A stretch of DNA of 64,000 nucleotides from Nemertoderma westbladi (GCA_032718475.1 JAUCBJ010008848.1:36395-100394), one strand, 5' to 3'; counted from the stretch's first letter, positions 12,453 through 25,042 are shown. Notes: a model not told the origin generated them from the letters alone. Made by a program: numbers and translations.

Positions 12453-13292
12453 CTTTATTTAAAGCTCTGTAGTCCCCACACGGTCTCAAACCTCCGTCTG
12501 GTCCCCACACGGTCTCAAACCTCCGTCTGGTCCCCACACGGTCTCAAACCTCCGTCTGGTCCCCACACGGTCTCAAACCTCCGTCTGGTCCCCACACGGT
12601 CTCAAACCTCCGTCTGGTCCCCACACGGTCTCAAACCTCCGTCTGGTCCCCACACGGTCTCAAACCTCCGTCTGGTCCCCACACGGTCTCAAACCTCCGT
12701 CTGGTTTGGGTGCAACGTGTAGGGGTGTTGCCCTTTATTTAAAGCTCTGTAGTCCCCACACGGTCTCAAACCTCCGTCTGGTCCCCACACGGTCTCAAAC
12801 CTCCGTCTGGTCCCCACACGGTCTCAAACCTCCGTCTGGTCCCCACACGGTCTCAAACCTCCGTCTGGTCCCCACACGGTCTCAAACCTCCGTCTGGTTT
12901 GGGTGCAACGTGTAGGGGTGTTGCCCTTTATTTAAAGCTCTGTAGTCCCCACACGGTCTCAAACCTCCGTCTGGTCCCCACACGGTCTCAAACCTCCGTC
13001 TGGTCCCCACACGGTCTCAAACCTCCGTCTGGTTTGGGTGCAACGTGTAGGGGTGTTGCCCTTTATTTAAAGCTCTGTAGTCCCCACACGGTCTCAAACC
13101 TCCGTCTGGTTTGGGTGCAACGTGTAGGGGTGTTGCCCTTTATTTAAAGCTCTGTAGTCCCCACACGGTCTCAAACCTCCGTCTGGTTTGGGTGCAACGT
13201 GTAGGGGTGTTGCCCTTTATTTAAAGCTCTGTAGTCCCCACACGGTCTCAAACCTCCGTCTGGTTTGGGTGCAACGTGTAGGGGTGTTGCCC
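12453..13292. repeat. Higher-order tandem array (29 bp unit nested in a 77 bp unit) derived from the RT gene of D
   Basis: ccccacacggtctcaaacctccgtctggt repeats embedded in a repeated 77-mer that encodes the PLHVAPKPDGGLRPCGDYRALNK segment. Confidence 0.95.
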
Positions 13293-14391
13293 ATGGTGAT
13301 TCACCACGTGTCACAATACCTAAATTTAATAAATTGTCAAATTCTTGTCGTGCTGCTTGTAATTTAGTACCAAATAAACGTCGGGGTTTTGAACTTTGAG
13401 GTGGTCCTGTCGTTGTAATATAATGTTTAACTGTATGTTTTATAGGCTCAGACACTGGTTTGTCAGTAAACACTTCATTATATTGCACTAATAAATTGTC
13501 AACCTTGTGAATCAAGCACACTTGTGGTTTAGTTTCATTGATTATACATGGTATATAAGTCAACTTCTGGGTATTATAAAAAATGCCTCATTTCGTGCCG
13601 TTGCGTTGGCAACAGCAGCAACATTTACAAACAACATAGATACACAAAATATAAATAAACACTTTGAAAATAAAAGTAGGTTTAGTAAGGCAAGTTGCTA
13701 AAATAGATAATAAGGTAAATAAGCACAGCACAATAAATCTGGTAGGCAATGAAAAATAGTTCCTGGCGTTATTTAATATATTGCTACCAACTCCATTTGA
13801 AGATTTATCCGTATCTTCATTATGGAAAAAATGAGCTGCATTAACATTTGCTTAAAAATCTTATAGTGAAATAATCCATCACCGCTCCATGAAAACAGTA
13901 AGTAAGACTGTTTTCACCAATCGAGATATAAACTATTTACAAAATATTTCTAAGTCTAATGGTGGGACCTAAAATATAAAAATAATCACTACCTAATTAT
14001 TGCATACTTAATATTGCAGGTACGGCGTAAATACAATCTATCATACATACAAAATACAAATTTACCAATTAACTTTAGTGCATAAAATACAAAAAAAGCT
14101 TTCGGTTATCAAGATAAGCAAATTAAACAAATCAGAACAAATCAAAACAAATAATTTCAAACTTTCAACAATCTTCATATATTGCAAATATACATAATAA
14201 ACTTCACCAAATTAAATCAGTCCAAATATAAAACAAACATAATGCGCTAATAACTTTCAAATAAGTCTTAAAGTGTCCTCCTGACGATCTTAAAAGTTCG
14301 TCCTGCTGGTCTGGATATCTTCTCCTGAGCACTAATCGCTAACGGTAGGCTCGCAAGCCTTCCTTCTCTATCTCGCTCCTCCAAAACCAAC

Positions 14392-14490
14392 GTCCAATAT
14401 AAATACCCAAATATAATATCCAAATATAAATATCCAATATAAATATCCAATATAAATATCCAAATATAATATCCAAATATAATATCCAAT
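14392..14490. repeat. (CCAAATATAATAT)-like minisatellite in the A 3' UTR
   Basis: About 7 imperfect 12-14 bp units lying between two GGTAGGCTCGCAAGCCTTCC motifs. Confidence 0.85.
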
Positions 14491-14613
14491 CGGTAGGCTC
14501 GCAAGCCTTCCTTCCTTCATCTTGCTATCCTATTCCTTAGCCGAACGGGCTCGTCCACGCCCTCTAATACGATTGGGTGGTGGTCGGGATCGAACTGGAC
14601 TCGGACTTCGGTG

Positions 14614-17600
14614 TCAAGCTGTCGGTGGTTCCAAAACGCTAGGAAAGGGGACGACGGGAGTTGCGTACATCCGTCGTGCGCTCAGTCCTCTAAATCCTCG
14701 TCCGATTCCAATCGTTGGCTTAACATCGGATCGAGTCTCCACAACGCTAGGAGGAAGTCGAAAGGGTGGGACTGTTCCGTCCGCTGACACCTCGCTCTCT
14801 GATGTAGTCTGAATTCTAATGGGTTCCGGCAAAGCATATCCTGTCCCTCCGCGTGGTTCTCTAGCGAGGGAAACCGTGCCCCGAGTCATCCGGATTTGCG
14901 ACTTCGATGTCGTCCTCTCGGCGACATTTACTATCTTCTTTATCTCTTGTCCGGCCTTCTGGGCTCTAAGTATATGAAGTTGCGGATCTTCCTGTGGGTG
15001 TCGAGTCTTTTCGGCTAACGGCGTGGCCTTGAAGCCAGTCTCACGCAGAACGTCCGCCTCATCTAAAATACACGAGGTTACGCGTTTGTGATAAAATGCG
15101 CTCCGGTATGCCCAAGCTATAGAATGCCAGGCTCCTCGATTCCGCTGTTCGACTCGAAATTTGTCAAATTCCCCGGCGGTAATCTTGTTCACCACAGTTT
15201 GAAAGTTCCATGTGTTCTTATTGTCGGGGTGTACCTGTAGGAAGTAGTCCCGAACAACCTTAAATCCGCTATCCAAAGGCAATATATCCAGCACCTCCAA
15301 GAGTTCATCGTATTGAGGCATAGCTGACACGTATCCTTCTTTCGACATTATGAGAGGGTTTACGGCCCAAAATCCCAAGTGTGCTCTCATAGGGAAACGG
15401 CGTCGCTGTGTCGATACATGCTCGTCTGCTAGATTCTCCCAATGGTCGAATAGCTGTCGAATGATTTTAACTGACATATGCTCATAGGGGATGTCCCTAA
15501 GTTGACACTCTGATGCCCTATGACCTTTAATGTTACAATACATGCACTGCGCCACGAAATGCCAGCAAGTGTAGAAAGTGTGCAAACGTTGATCCCCACA
15601 CCAGTTACATACTAGGTCCGGTAGAGATATATGTTTCGCTCCGCATTTCTTTGCGGGCCAGTTGCCCCGCATCTGCCACAAATTGTGTTGGCAGGGTACC
15701 AAACTCGCTCATAGATGAGATCTCCGATGGGGCGAGCGCTACCGTCCACGTGATAATTCTCATCATACGGGTCAGTCAGTATGTTCGTCTCCGTAGGTTG
15801 TGCACAAACCATGGCATCGCTTTTCTCCAACTCGCGTATCTCAGTTCGCGTCTTCCTCGGAAGGTTCTCCTCTATCTCTATGAGTTGCCGCAATGGTTTG
15901 TCTATTATCGCAAACTCGGTTGGACCCACATCATCATGATGGGCGGTAGGCTCACGAGCCTTCCAGGATCCTTCCGGGCCTTTGAATTCCGCGTGGCGTT
16001 CCCCATCGTAGGGTAGTAACGTCAACATCGACGGTCTGTCGACTAGGCTTCCCGTGTGAGTGAGATAGACGTCCCTGAAAACGCTAAGTCCCGCTCGCGT
16101 GAAAACTTCGCAGTGCGCATCGGTGTTATAAAAGGGTTGGAGAAATCGGCGGAATACATCAGTATGCATCCTTTCTCCGTCGTAAAAGGTATGTCCTTCA
16201 CCGAGACATAACGGATGTCGCTTTAAAGTCCTAGACACTACATCGGCGATGAAGCAAACGTTTACCGAAGATTCTATCGCCAAATAGTATTGCAAGATTA
16301 TTCGTGGAGGTGAGATAATCGCCCAGTACACACAACCTCGCCACTTCAACTGTGACTCAAACTCGTTTACGCCGGGCGTATCTCACTCATCGTATACGTC
16401 CGTGTATTTGCTCCTCTTGCTCTCCTTATAATCCCAACTAAACATTAGGTATGAGATATAACCCGTTCCAGTTTTTAGCGTGTTATACTCCCTGAAATAT
16501 CCTTGCTCAATAGCCCAAAGCAACAATGGTCTAGTATCCACGTATGCCGTAGGCAATCGATCCTCCTCCATGGGCATTCCTGCGAAATCGATAATAAGGT
16601 CATCCCGTACACCGGATCCGATCTTGACGATACTTTTATCAAGTACAACGTCTCGTACGGACGGCCTTTGGTAACATCCTAGCTTCTATGCTACAAGCCA
16701 GGTCCATGGATTTAACTATCCGTTTTATCATCGGCATAGGCATCTTTCTGTCGCTCCTCTGTCGGCTGAAGACATGTAACACGCCATCTGGTGCTCGAAT
16801 CTGTATGGTCTTTGAAGTGAGGCTTTGCTGATGGCTTCCTCCTTCATTATCGTAAAACATATAACCATTCTCCTTCAGAGATCGGCTAGTTGCGTCCCAA
16901 TCGTTGAGTAAATCGTCGGTAGGGTTCCAAATTCTCCCTATTGACTTTTCATCGTCGAAACTAATAGGTTTTCCTGTCCAATTGGTCGCAATATCGGTGT
17001 GGGTCTCAAACGTGCCGACTCCGATCCATAATCGAATCGTTTTCGTCAGATATCCTCGCAAGATGCAAGGTGCGATATCCGTCCCCGCGCGATCCACTTC
17101 CTTAAAGTCCATAATATGTGGAGGCACATTGCGTACGATTTTCTGTACTATCGTCCTACGCAACTCTAACAGACTGACTCTAACACATCACCAAAGGTAA
17201 CCGATGGGAGGAAATCCAGGTTCGAAATGATCTCCGGGTGTTCAACTATAGGAATCTCATAAGTTGTCTCCTCTCGGGTCGGTATACTAATAGGAAAGCT
17301 GGTTGGTCTCGCGACTGGTACTATCGCTTTAGTAGGACGGGGTTGAGGTTCTTGCGTCATCTCGACGTAAGGTATCTGTAGTCTCTGCGACAAATGCTGA
17401 GCAAAGGTGATACTATCGAAGAGCTTGGGTGTCATCTCCTTAGGTTCGGTTTGATTGTGGGATATCTATGGGGATATGCACTGAGCATATGAGAATATGA
17501 GGTGGAGAAATATCAACATAAATCACGATCATATAATGTAGAATAGAATGTATGAGGAATACAATGCGGTACACACAACGATAGTGCGGCAGTGTTCGAC

Positions 17601-20545
17601 AGAGTCCCGAGTCCAGACCTGTGTCCTTGAAGGACCCCTACAGCAGTACAGTACAGAGACAGTATATGCCAGTATGCCAGATAAGCAGAGCACTAGGCTA
17701 TGGGCTGCATAGCGCGCGTAGCAGTAGTCTGACTGTGACGTCATTGCGTGTCACGCGGGTATCTCTAGGTATAAGCAGCGCGGGCTGCGTCCGCGTAGTA
17801 GATGCGTACAGTATATCATCACACCCCCTTCTAGGTTATCAGTGGAAGTGAATAAACTACCCAAGTCTATAGTCTGTTGGGTGGGCGTCTGTGACGTCGA
17901 GGGTAGGTGCGCTGTGGTGAGGAGCGCGCAGGGATTAGTGTTTCGCTGGTGAGCGGTGTCGCCCAGCGAATGCCTTTGGGTGAGCCAGACTCGGTGGTGT
18001 CATCATTCCTTTGTGTCCCAGTGGCAGCGTTTAGTGGTGTACCAGCGGTGGTTGTCCCCTGGAGACCCATTGGTAGTGTCCCGTGTTGTCCCAGCATTGG
18101 TGTCCCGTCGTGTTGTCCCGGTGGCGGTGTCCCTTAGGAGGTGGCGACGGTTACGGGTGAGGCAATGGCCGGACATTGTACGGATGCGATAGCTGCGATG
18201 GGAAGCTTCCTCGGCCACGACCCCGGTGCGATCCCAACGCTTTGTGGTCGGGTTCTGGATCCGCACAGGGTCCCCCACTGTGAGAGTGGGAAGTGGTTTG
18301 GCCCCACGGTTATAATAGGACGCCTGTGATGTCATCAGCGGTGGCACAGCGGTGTCTAGCGCTGTCCGTGTCGCTTGATGGTCGGCGTTGAAGGCCCTGC
18401 TGTGCATGGGCACCCGCGAGCGTATGGGGTGTCCAAACAGGATTTGGGCTGGTGATAAACCAGGGACTGTGTGGCGTCGAGGAGCGCGCAGTAGTCGCGG
18501 TAGTCCCGGGCCGTCTCGCAGAGCAAGTTGAGGGCGAGGTCCGCGAAGTTGTCAGTGGGCTCCGAACCCTCCGTAATGGCCGCAACCGTTGCTATGGTAA
18601 CCGCGTGGAGATGGTAGGCCATCTCGCCATCGTCGATCAGGTCGTCGGGGGACGGATCATCGACGGGTGCACGGGATAACGCGTCAGGAATGCGGTGCTC
18701 CTTTCCTTTCCTCCATACCATTGTGAAGGAGTAAGGAGTGAGTTTCGACTTAAGCCGCTGGAGGCGTGTGTTATCCGTGGAGTCGATCGTGTATCGATCG
18801 AGGATTGTCACCAGTGGTTGGTGGTCGACAATGAGAGTGAAGTTGGGGAGGACCAGTAGGTAAAGTCTACATTTGTGGGCAGCCCAGGCAACGGCGAGCA
18901 GTTCGAGCTCCACCATCGCATAGCGCGACTCGGTTTCGGTGATAAACCGCGATCCGCACTCCACTAATCTCTAGTTGTCGTCATGGCGCTGGAGTAGCGC
19001 GTACCCGAGTCCGTTCTTCCGGGAAGCATCGGTCTCGAGTTTAGTCTCACGTTCCGACTCGAAGGGAGCGAGAACTGGGGGCGAGAGAAGCAAGAGTTTT
19101 GTTCTCTCGAAAGCCGCCTTGTGGTCGGAGGTCCAGAGGAAGGAGTTTCGCGAACTGAGGAGGGGGCGGAGGGGCGACATTGTAGAGGAAATGTCGGCCG
19201 AAAACGGGGTGAGTTGTTCGACGAGTCCGACGAAACTCCGCAGGTCGGTTATGTTTGTCGGCCGCGGGAAACTCGCGATGGCCCGGAGCTTTGCCGGGTC
19301 GGCCCATATCCCGTCAGCCCCGACAAGGTAGCCCGCGAACTTGACTTCGCGCTGGGTGAACTGGACCTTGTCGGGATACAGGGAGATGCCTGCCTCGCGA
19401 CAGCGCTGGAGGAAGCACCGAACACTGGCGAGGTGCTCGTCGAGAGAGTTGTTGTACAATAGGACGTCGTCGACGAGTTTAGTGAGGTTTGGCAGGTCCC
19501 GGAGGGCATCGTCGCCCCGCCGGTTGTACTCGTCCCCGCTTGAGATGAGTCCCATAACACTCCGACAGTGTTTGTAACGGCCCCAAGGCGTCACAAAGGT
19601 GGTGAGGGGTTGGGTTTCCTTCTCGAGGGGTACCTGCCAGTAGCCGGAAGCCGTGTCGAAGGCAGAGAAGAACTTCGCCAAAGTAAGGTAAGCAGCGCGG
19701 GCTGCGTCCGCGTAGTAGATGCGTACAGTATATCATCACAATATCCAGTAAAATGGTAGGCTCGCGAGCCTTCCGCCAAACTCCTCGATCTCGCCTTTCT
19801 CGTACGCCTCGTACGCCCTGTAGAGGCTCAAAGCTTCCCGTTTCTCTTGTGTCGACTTATTAGACTCGTCCACTACCATATTGTAGATGTCTGGTTCGAC
19901 TAATTTGGGTTCGTAAATAACGATCTCACCCACGTTCGGTGCACTCATCTTGAACGAATGGTACGGATTTGTCAAAGGGTATCCGCCTTCTTGGTAACGC
20001 AGACTTTGGTGGTATGAGCATCGTGCTAATATCGGCTCGGGGTTCTCCGAGTTCAATCGCATAGGAATCGCGTTGTCTTGCTCGCGCATACATGCTCCAC
20101 ATTTGTAAAACAGTTTATATATGGAGAACGCGTCCTTTGTCTCTGGATCCGCTCCTGGAGCGCGTCTATAAAGATGCGTTCCATCAAATTCGTCTCTGGC
20201 TGCAGGCAAGGGTTCGTTTGCCGTCAAACATTGCAGCGTATGATATAATCGGCGTATCTCCGTGTCTGGATCCTTGCAAATGTCACTGGCGTCGCATAAT
20301 GCATCGTAGGGATACAAGGCATTGAACTCCCCGCGTAATTCCTCCGCTCTTTTGTTATAAGTGTCCAATCGCTGTTTTGTAATATTCAGGTCCGCCTTGG
20401 ATTTAGCGAGCTTGGCTGTACTCCTAGCCATACTCTCCACTCCAAACACGCTAAAGTTTTTAGCTCCATAACAATTAAACGGCGCCTGGTGCTCCTGTTC
20501 CTGCATAAACCCCTGACGTAACTCCTTATAAATCTTCTCCGCCAT
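14614..20545 (-). pseudogene. Element A accessory ORF: N-terminal domain + DEDDy-like 3'-5' exonuclease + Zn knuckles (disrupted)
   Basis: ORFs 19736-20545, 17166-17435, 16639-17163, 16383-16577, 15612-16349 and 14614-15702 join after removing element E, a 14-bp and a 4-bp duplication, one TGA and one small frameshift. Motifs ISFDDE, LPKAVRDVVLDKSIVKIGSGVRDD, YYLAIE, CMYCNIKGHRASEC. Confidence 0.8.
17467..19740 (-). mobile_element. pol: Internally deleted GC-rich Ty3/Gypsy element E (Mag-like; RT C-terminus, RNase H, IN tail)
   Basis: TSD ATATC (17462-17466, 19741-19745); 3' LTR ~17467-17824 with PPT AAGGGGG; 52 nt of 5' LTR at 19689-19740; FDTASGYWQV, LVDD, ETDAS, YAMVELELLAV, DHQPL. Confidence 0.9.
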
Positions 20546-20582
20546 TATACACGCGTATATATGGTTACATATCGTTACGTTT

Positions 20583-20614
20583 CTACTAGATGAAGCACAA
20601 AATAGAGGTTAGAT
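20583..20614 (-). promoter_or_regulatory. Putative splice acceptor upstream of the A accessory ORF
   Basis: Minus strand CTAAC-CTCTATTTTGTGCTTCATC-TAG; the equivalent TTAAC-ATCTGTTGTGCACCCTC-TAG is retained in A' at ~250-274. Confidence 0.5.
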
Positions 20615-20697
20615 GTGAGGAGACTTAGAGTTTGTCGGCTTTTGGCTCAACTTTGCTCTAAAACGTACAAAACAAAAAACGTACTACGTAGAACAAG

Positions 20698-21865
20698 TGT
20701 TCGCGCTTTTGAAGACCTTTAGCAGTTTAACCTGCCAAAATTTATATGTCTTTTAGTTAATTAAAACACCCTTAGCATACGACAATATTTTATGCTAATA
20801 AACAAAACATTAACCGAAGCCAGCCCATGCGCGATCATTCACCCGATGGATACACCCGGGAGGCTGAATTCGGCTGCTTAAATTTTATTATTGCAGTGTA
20901 AGGTTGCAGTGTAAACCTACTGTATTATTCGATTGATCACTAATAATTAATTTCTGACAGATATTATTGGCTTTTGGGAAATATTAACAGTTCCTTTAGG
21001 ACGTGGCGCTCTATCTATTTAAACAGAGCTAGGACTTATACTAAACGCAACGATACTGCTTATGATTAAAGTATAAGGCGCATTCTTTAGGAAATGCTTT
21101 GTTACCAATCACAATCATGCACACTATTCTGCCGACCGTCAGTAAATTTGATCACACATAAAGAGAGCAGCAATTGACTCATGTAGGGTCTGCTAAATAA
21201 CATTAGATTCAATACACACCACATTGATATAAATCGCAATTGTTATATATAGCCTGTCTCTCTAACCTGTAGTGTATCAAGAAAATTGGGAAATTTGGGT
21301 GATTTATCCGTATTCTCCAAAGGGCAATATTTCATCAACAAATAGATACAATTAATAACTGACGGTAAATAACAGTACAAACAATATGATTAATAGTGAG
21401 TTAATTAGATCAGTTAGATTAGATAACAGTTATACTTTCGATAATTTAAGCAGTTTTACTAGAGTTGTTCCAAAAGCCGGTGTTATGGCGAAATATGGGA
21501 ACACAACAACAGAAACATGTGACTACTTGACTATACGAGGACACCAACTACCCTTATTCCCCGAAGCTCCCGTCCAACACAGAGGATGAGCATACAGATA
21601 GGAAATTCAGTTCAGTAGCTCTGGGATAGGTCAAAATCAACGCCCACTCAAATTCTATTGGCCGATACGGACAGCAGGGCTGAGGCAACCTCCCTAAGCT
21701 GGTTGGCCGATCGAACAGAACCCAGATACCTTCGTACAGCACATCAGCCAATAAGCTGGTAGCTTGCACTATTTTAGCTATAGATCCCTTTTAGAGTATT
21801 CTAGCGACCGGGGGGGAACTGGCCAGCAAGGCAAACGAATCAGTTATCCCACAAAAGCTTTTACA
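20698..21865 (-). repeat. 3' LTR of B
   Basis: Direct repeat of 35401-36568. Confidence 0.97.
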
Positions 21866-21943
21866 CCGCTCCCAGAAAATGGGATTTAAGTCTATAAAAT
21901 ATACAAAATCACAGTTTCTAAAATATAAAAATACTCTAAACAG

Positions 21944-23392
21944 TTAGTCTTTCTTGCGCGGACGGCGTTTACGCAGTTTTTTAAAGCTAGCAAGAGTCCT
22001 TTTCTCTTTGGGGCGAGCCACTTTACGAGGAGGGCTATAACTCCTGGGTGAAGGGTGCAATATGATTGCATCAGAAGGTATGGGATTGCGATCGGTGTAT
22101 CCGCCGGTCGAAGTACCGGGTTGATTGACATCAACGTCCGGGGAGAGGGGTCTAACGGCTTTGAGAGCTCGTTTCAAGACAGCCGCTCTTACGGGTCCTT
22201 TACGAGTGGTCTGAACGAGGGCCGTGGGTGGACCATAGGCAGTTAGAAACTTCCTTGGTTTAATGGTTCTTTCCAACTCGCGTTCGCGGGCTCGGTACTC
22301 GTAAGGCCGTCGATATACTTCTTGTAACTCAGGGTGTGAGTTGACGAATAAGTCTCCATAGGCAGGGTCTTGACGGATAAAGTTTATTAAGTTGTAAGAA
22401 TGGATGTCACTCGGATTAATGCTCCTGAGAAATTTACGTACATATTTGGTTGAAATACATTCTCCAACGCGCTTCAGTAGTTCATAACTTGATATGCGTG
22501 ATTTCTGCTCGACGGAGGCAAACAAATAAGGATGGAACGCATAAACTCCTTCGTAAGCGCGTCCAGGGTAATAGCGATGGCGTGAATCACAATGTAAATC
22601 AGCGTTCGCTTCCCAAGCTCTGATATAACGTAGTACAATCATTTCATCTACGCTCTCTAAATCATGATTAAAGGGACAATCAAAGCTGGCGTGTCCTTTT
22701 AATTGACAATGGTGACATTGAGTCATAAATTGAGGGCAAACCGCAAAAATGTGCAAGTTATTGAGTCTGTAATACGCGCAATAAATTTCCATCGTCGGTT
22801 GTTCGTGGAAATAGGAACAGCGGACGTTTGTGTCCATGGGCGTAACATGGTCTCTCGATGCGCATAACCGACAACATTGCCGAGAAACATAGTTGGCATG
22901 GCGATAATCGTACGCAGTGAGACACTGTGGACCTTGATACCATTCTAGGAGGTAATCGTTGTCGTTGTTCCGGGCGCGATAGGCTGAATCTCCTCAGATT
23001 CTAGGCATATTGGTTCGTCTTCCCAGTCTGTTACGAATATAATTTTCGTGATCTATTCTCGGTTTATCGTTACGACTCCGCTGGGTATGATATTTAAATA
23101 GAACCATTTCCCTTTCGGTGTATACATCGTCCGTATCATGTAAATCGATAGGATGGCTGGTAGTTAGGAAGTCCATATACGTACCATTACGATGCGTATA
23201 GCGAGCGGTTAATTTTCGATAGTCCAATTCACGCGTAAGTTGCTCTTGGGACGTCGGCGGTTCGATATAACGACCATCGTCCTCCGTAATGGTTGGATCG
23301 GCTTCACCGCGTATCAAGCTATCCACAAATGCTTGTAAAGGTAGAGTATATCGTTCCCTGATACCAAGATCATCTTCTATTAATTCCGTCAT
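21944..23392 (-). pseudogene. Element B accessory Zn-knuckle ORF (~482 codons, one internal TGA)
   Basis: ORFs 22994-23392 and 21944-22837 are in the same frame with an open 52-codon linker; CRLCASRDH, CHHCQLKGHASFDC; basic C-terminus. Confidence 0.8.
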
Positions 23393-25042
23393 ATCTGCTA
23401 TCTGAGTTTATTAATATTAGTATGAGTCAATATTTAGGCAAGTGGGCGTCGCTGCCTACTAGTCTTTGCCCCCGGACAGTGGGTTTCTCAGCGCCGATGT
23501 ACTGTTGTCGCGGTGTTTACGCCAACATGTAGCAACAGCACGACAACGATAACCGGCACAAGTCCCACCACTGTCCGTCCCAAAGGCTTGAATCCACTTG
23601 AGGTTATCTCGGTAGAGTTAGGGCTACTTTACAATTGCGATTAGCTACTGTAAACACACTTTAGTAGTAACATTCACTTATAAACGCACAAATTCCATAC
23701 AATCATTACTTACTGCACACATGCAGGCCATTTGTCCGTTAGTCAGTGTCTTCCAGAATGTCACGTTATTACTATGTATCCTTGGATACATAGTAATTAA
23801 GGAAATATTATTAAGAAAGATTATAGGAAATAAGAGTATACTCTTATGCTACGCAATGGGGCAAGCTTTTTGTTGTTCCTTTAACTTGCTTCTAATTCTA
23901 GCGTGGGTGTTGCCATGGTGACATTATGGAAAACTAGCGGTAGAATTAGGGTAATTCTCATGCATACAGATCTGGGATGTTATTTAATAGTAATTCTTTA
24001 ATTGTCAATATCCTCTTTATGCATGATTTTATAAATTTTATCGGCTATTGACTATATGCTGGAGATTCTCGCACTTTAATACACTCAATATGAATCTCCG
24101 CTCCCATGATCTATTAATTACTGGAATTTTGGGAATGTTATAAATTGCACAAAATGACAATTTATGAAATTCATTTGAATATGAATTTAAATTTATTCCC
24201 GTGAATTTTATTATTTGATGTTAAAATTGACACAATTTGATTCCAGAGCAGGTCTGGGGGCATAGGATCCTTAATTCTATGACAATTGTCTTTTAAGAGT
24301 ATCGGTAAGTGCTGCGATATCTTAATTGACTAGAAATTTAAAGGATCTGAATTTTACAGATTTTACTAAATATTAAATTAATATTTAAGATGGGCACCGA
24401 TTTATTCCAGAACTTGTCTGGGGACGTTAACCACTGATTCTAGAATTTGTCTTTCAAGTATATCGGTGGGTGCCGCGATATCTTAATCGACTAGAATTAC
24501 AGATGGTCAAAGTTTAACAGATTTATTTGCGTTTTACGCTACTGTTATATGGACATCACGCTACTATATGTATTATTTAATATAAGGTAGAAGAGCAATA
24601 TCGCACGAAGCAATGTCAGTGTGAAGAGGCAAGTCGTTTCCAAGGTCTACCCAGAGCTTGGTTTAGCCGAGACACGAGGATCTGAACTTTGCATTCCTAA
24701 TACTCTGCCTACCAATAATACTTGAATATAGTAGTGGCTTTATTGTACTTTAAGAAGTACGGACATTTCATCTTACTGTAGTCACGTATTTATAATATGA
24801 TACGGACAGTAAGGAAAGAGAAAAAATTATTTCTCGCCGTCGCACTAAATATATATTATAAGTAATTACGTACGTAATAAACACTAATATATTGCACTAA
24901 TCTACTAAATAATCACTAAAAATAACATTCTACTAAATAAAATTGAATAAAAACGATTATAATAAAGTACATAATAAAGTTTGCATATAAAGATATAACA
25001 AAATAGATAAAATAATATAGTCATACACCCACTCCAGACGTA

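Larger units (their letters stand above)
6716..13857 (-). mobile_element. pol: Ty3/Gypsy element D, 5'-deleted (RT-RNase H-IN remain), inserted in the 3' LTR of A
   Basis: SPWATPLHVAPKPDGGLRPCGDYRALN, YVDD, TDAS, HNLSHPG, VHIDLVGP, SDRGAQF, NGAIERFHR; GPF motif (LAPLYTGPFRIV) at ~7270-7420; PPT AGGGGGAGTGA and short LTR remnant at ~6716-6830. Confidence 0.9.

Noticed and set aside
12453-13292. CRISPR-like array of 29-bp repeats
   Set aside because: No unique spacers, the units come from the RT gene, and there are no cas genes.
14614-23392. Accessory ORFs as env genes
   Set aside because: No obvious signal peptide or C-terminal TM anchor; they contain Zn knuckles and nuclease-like motifs.
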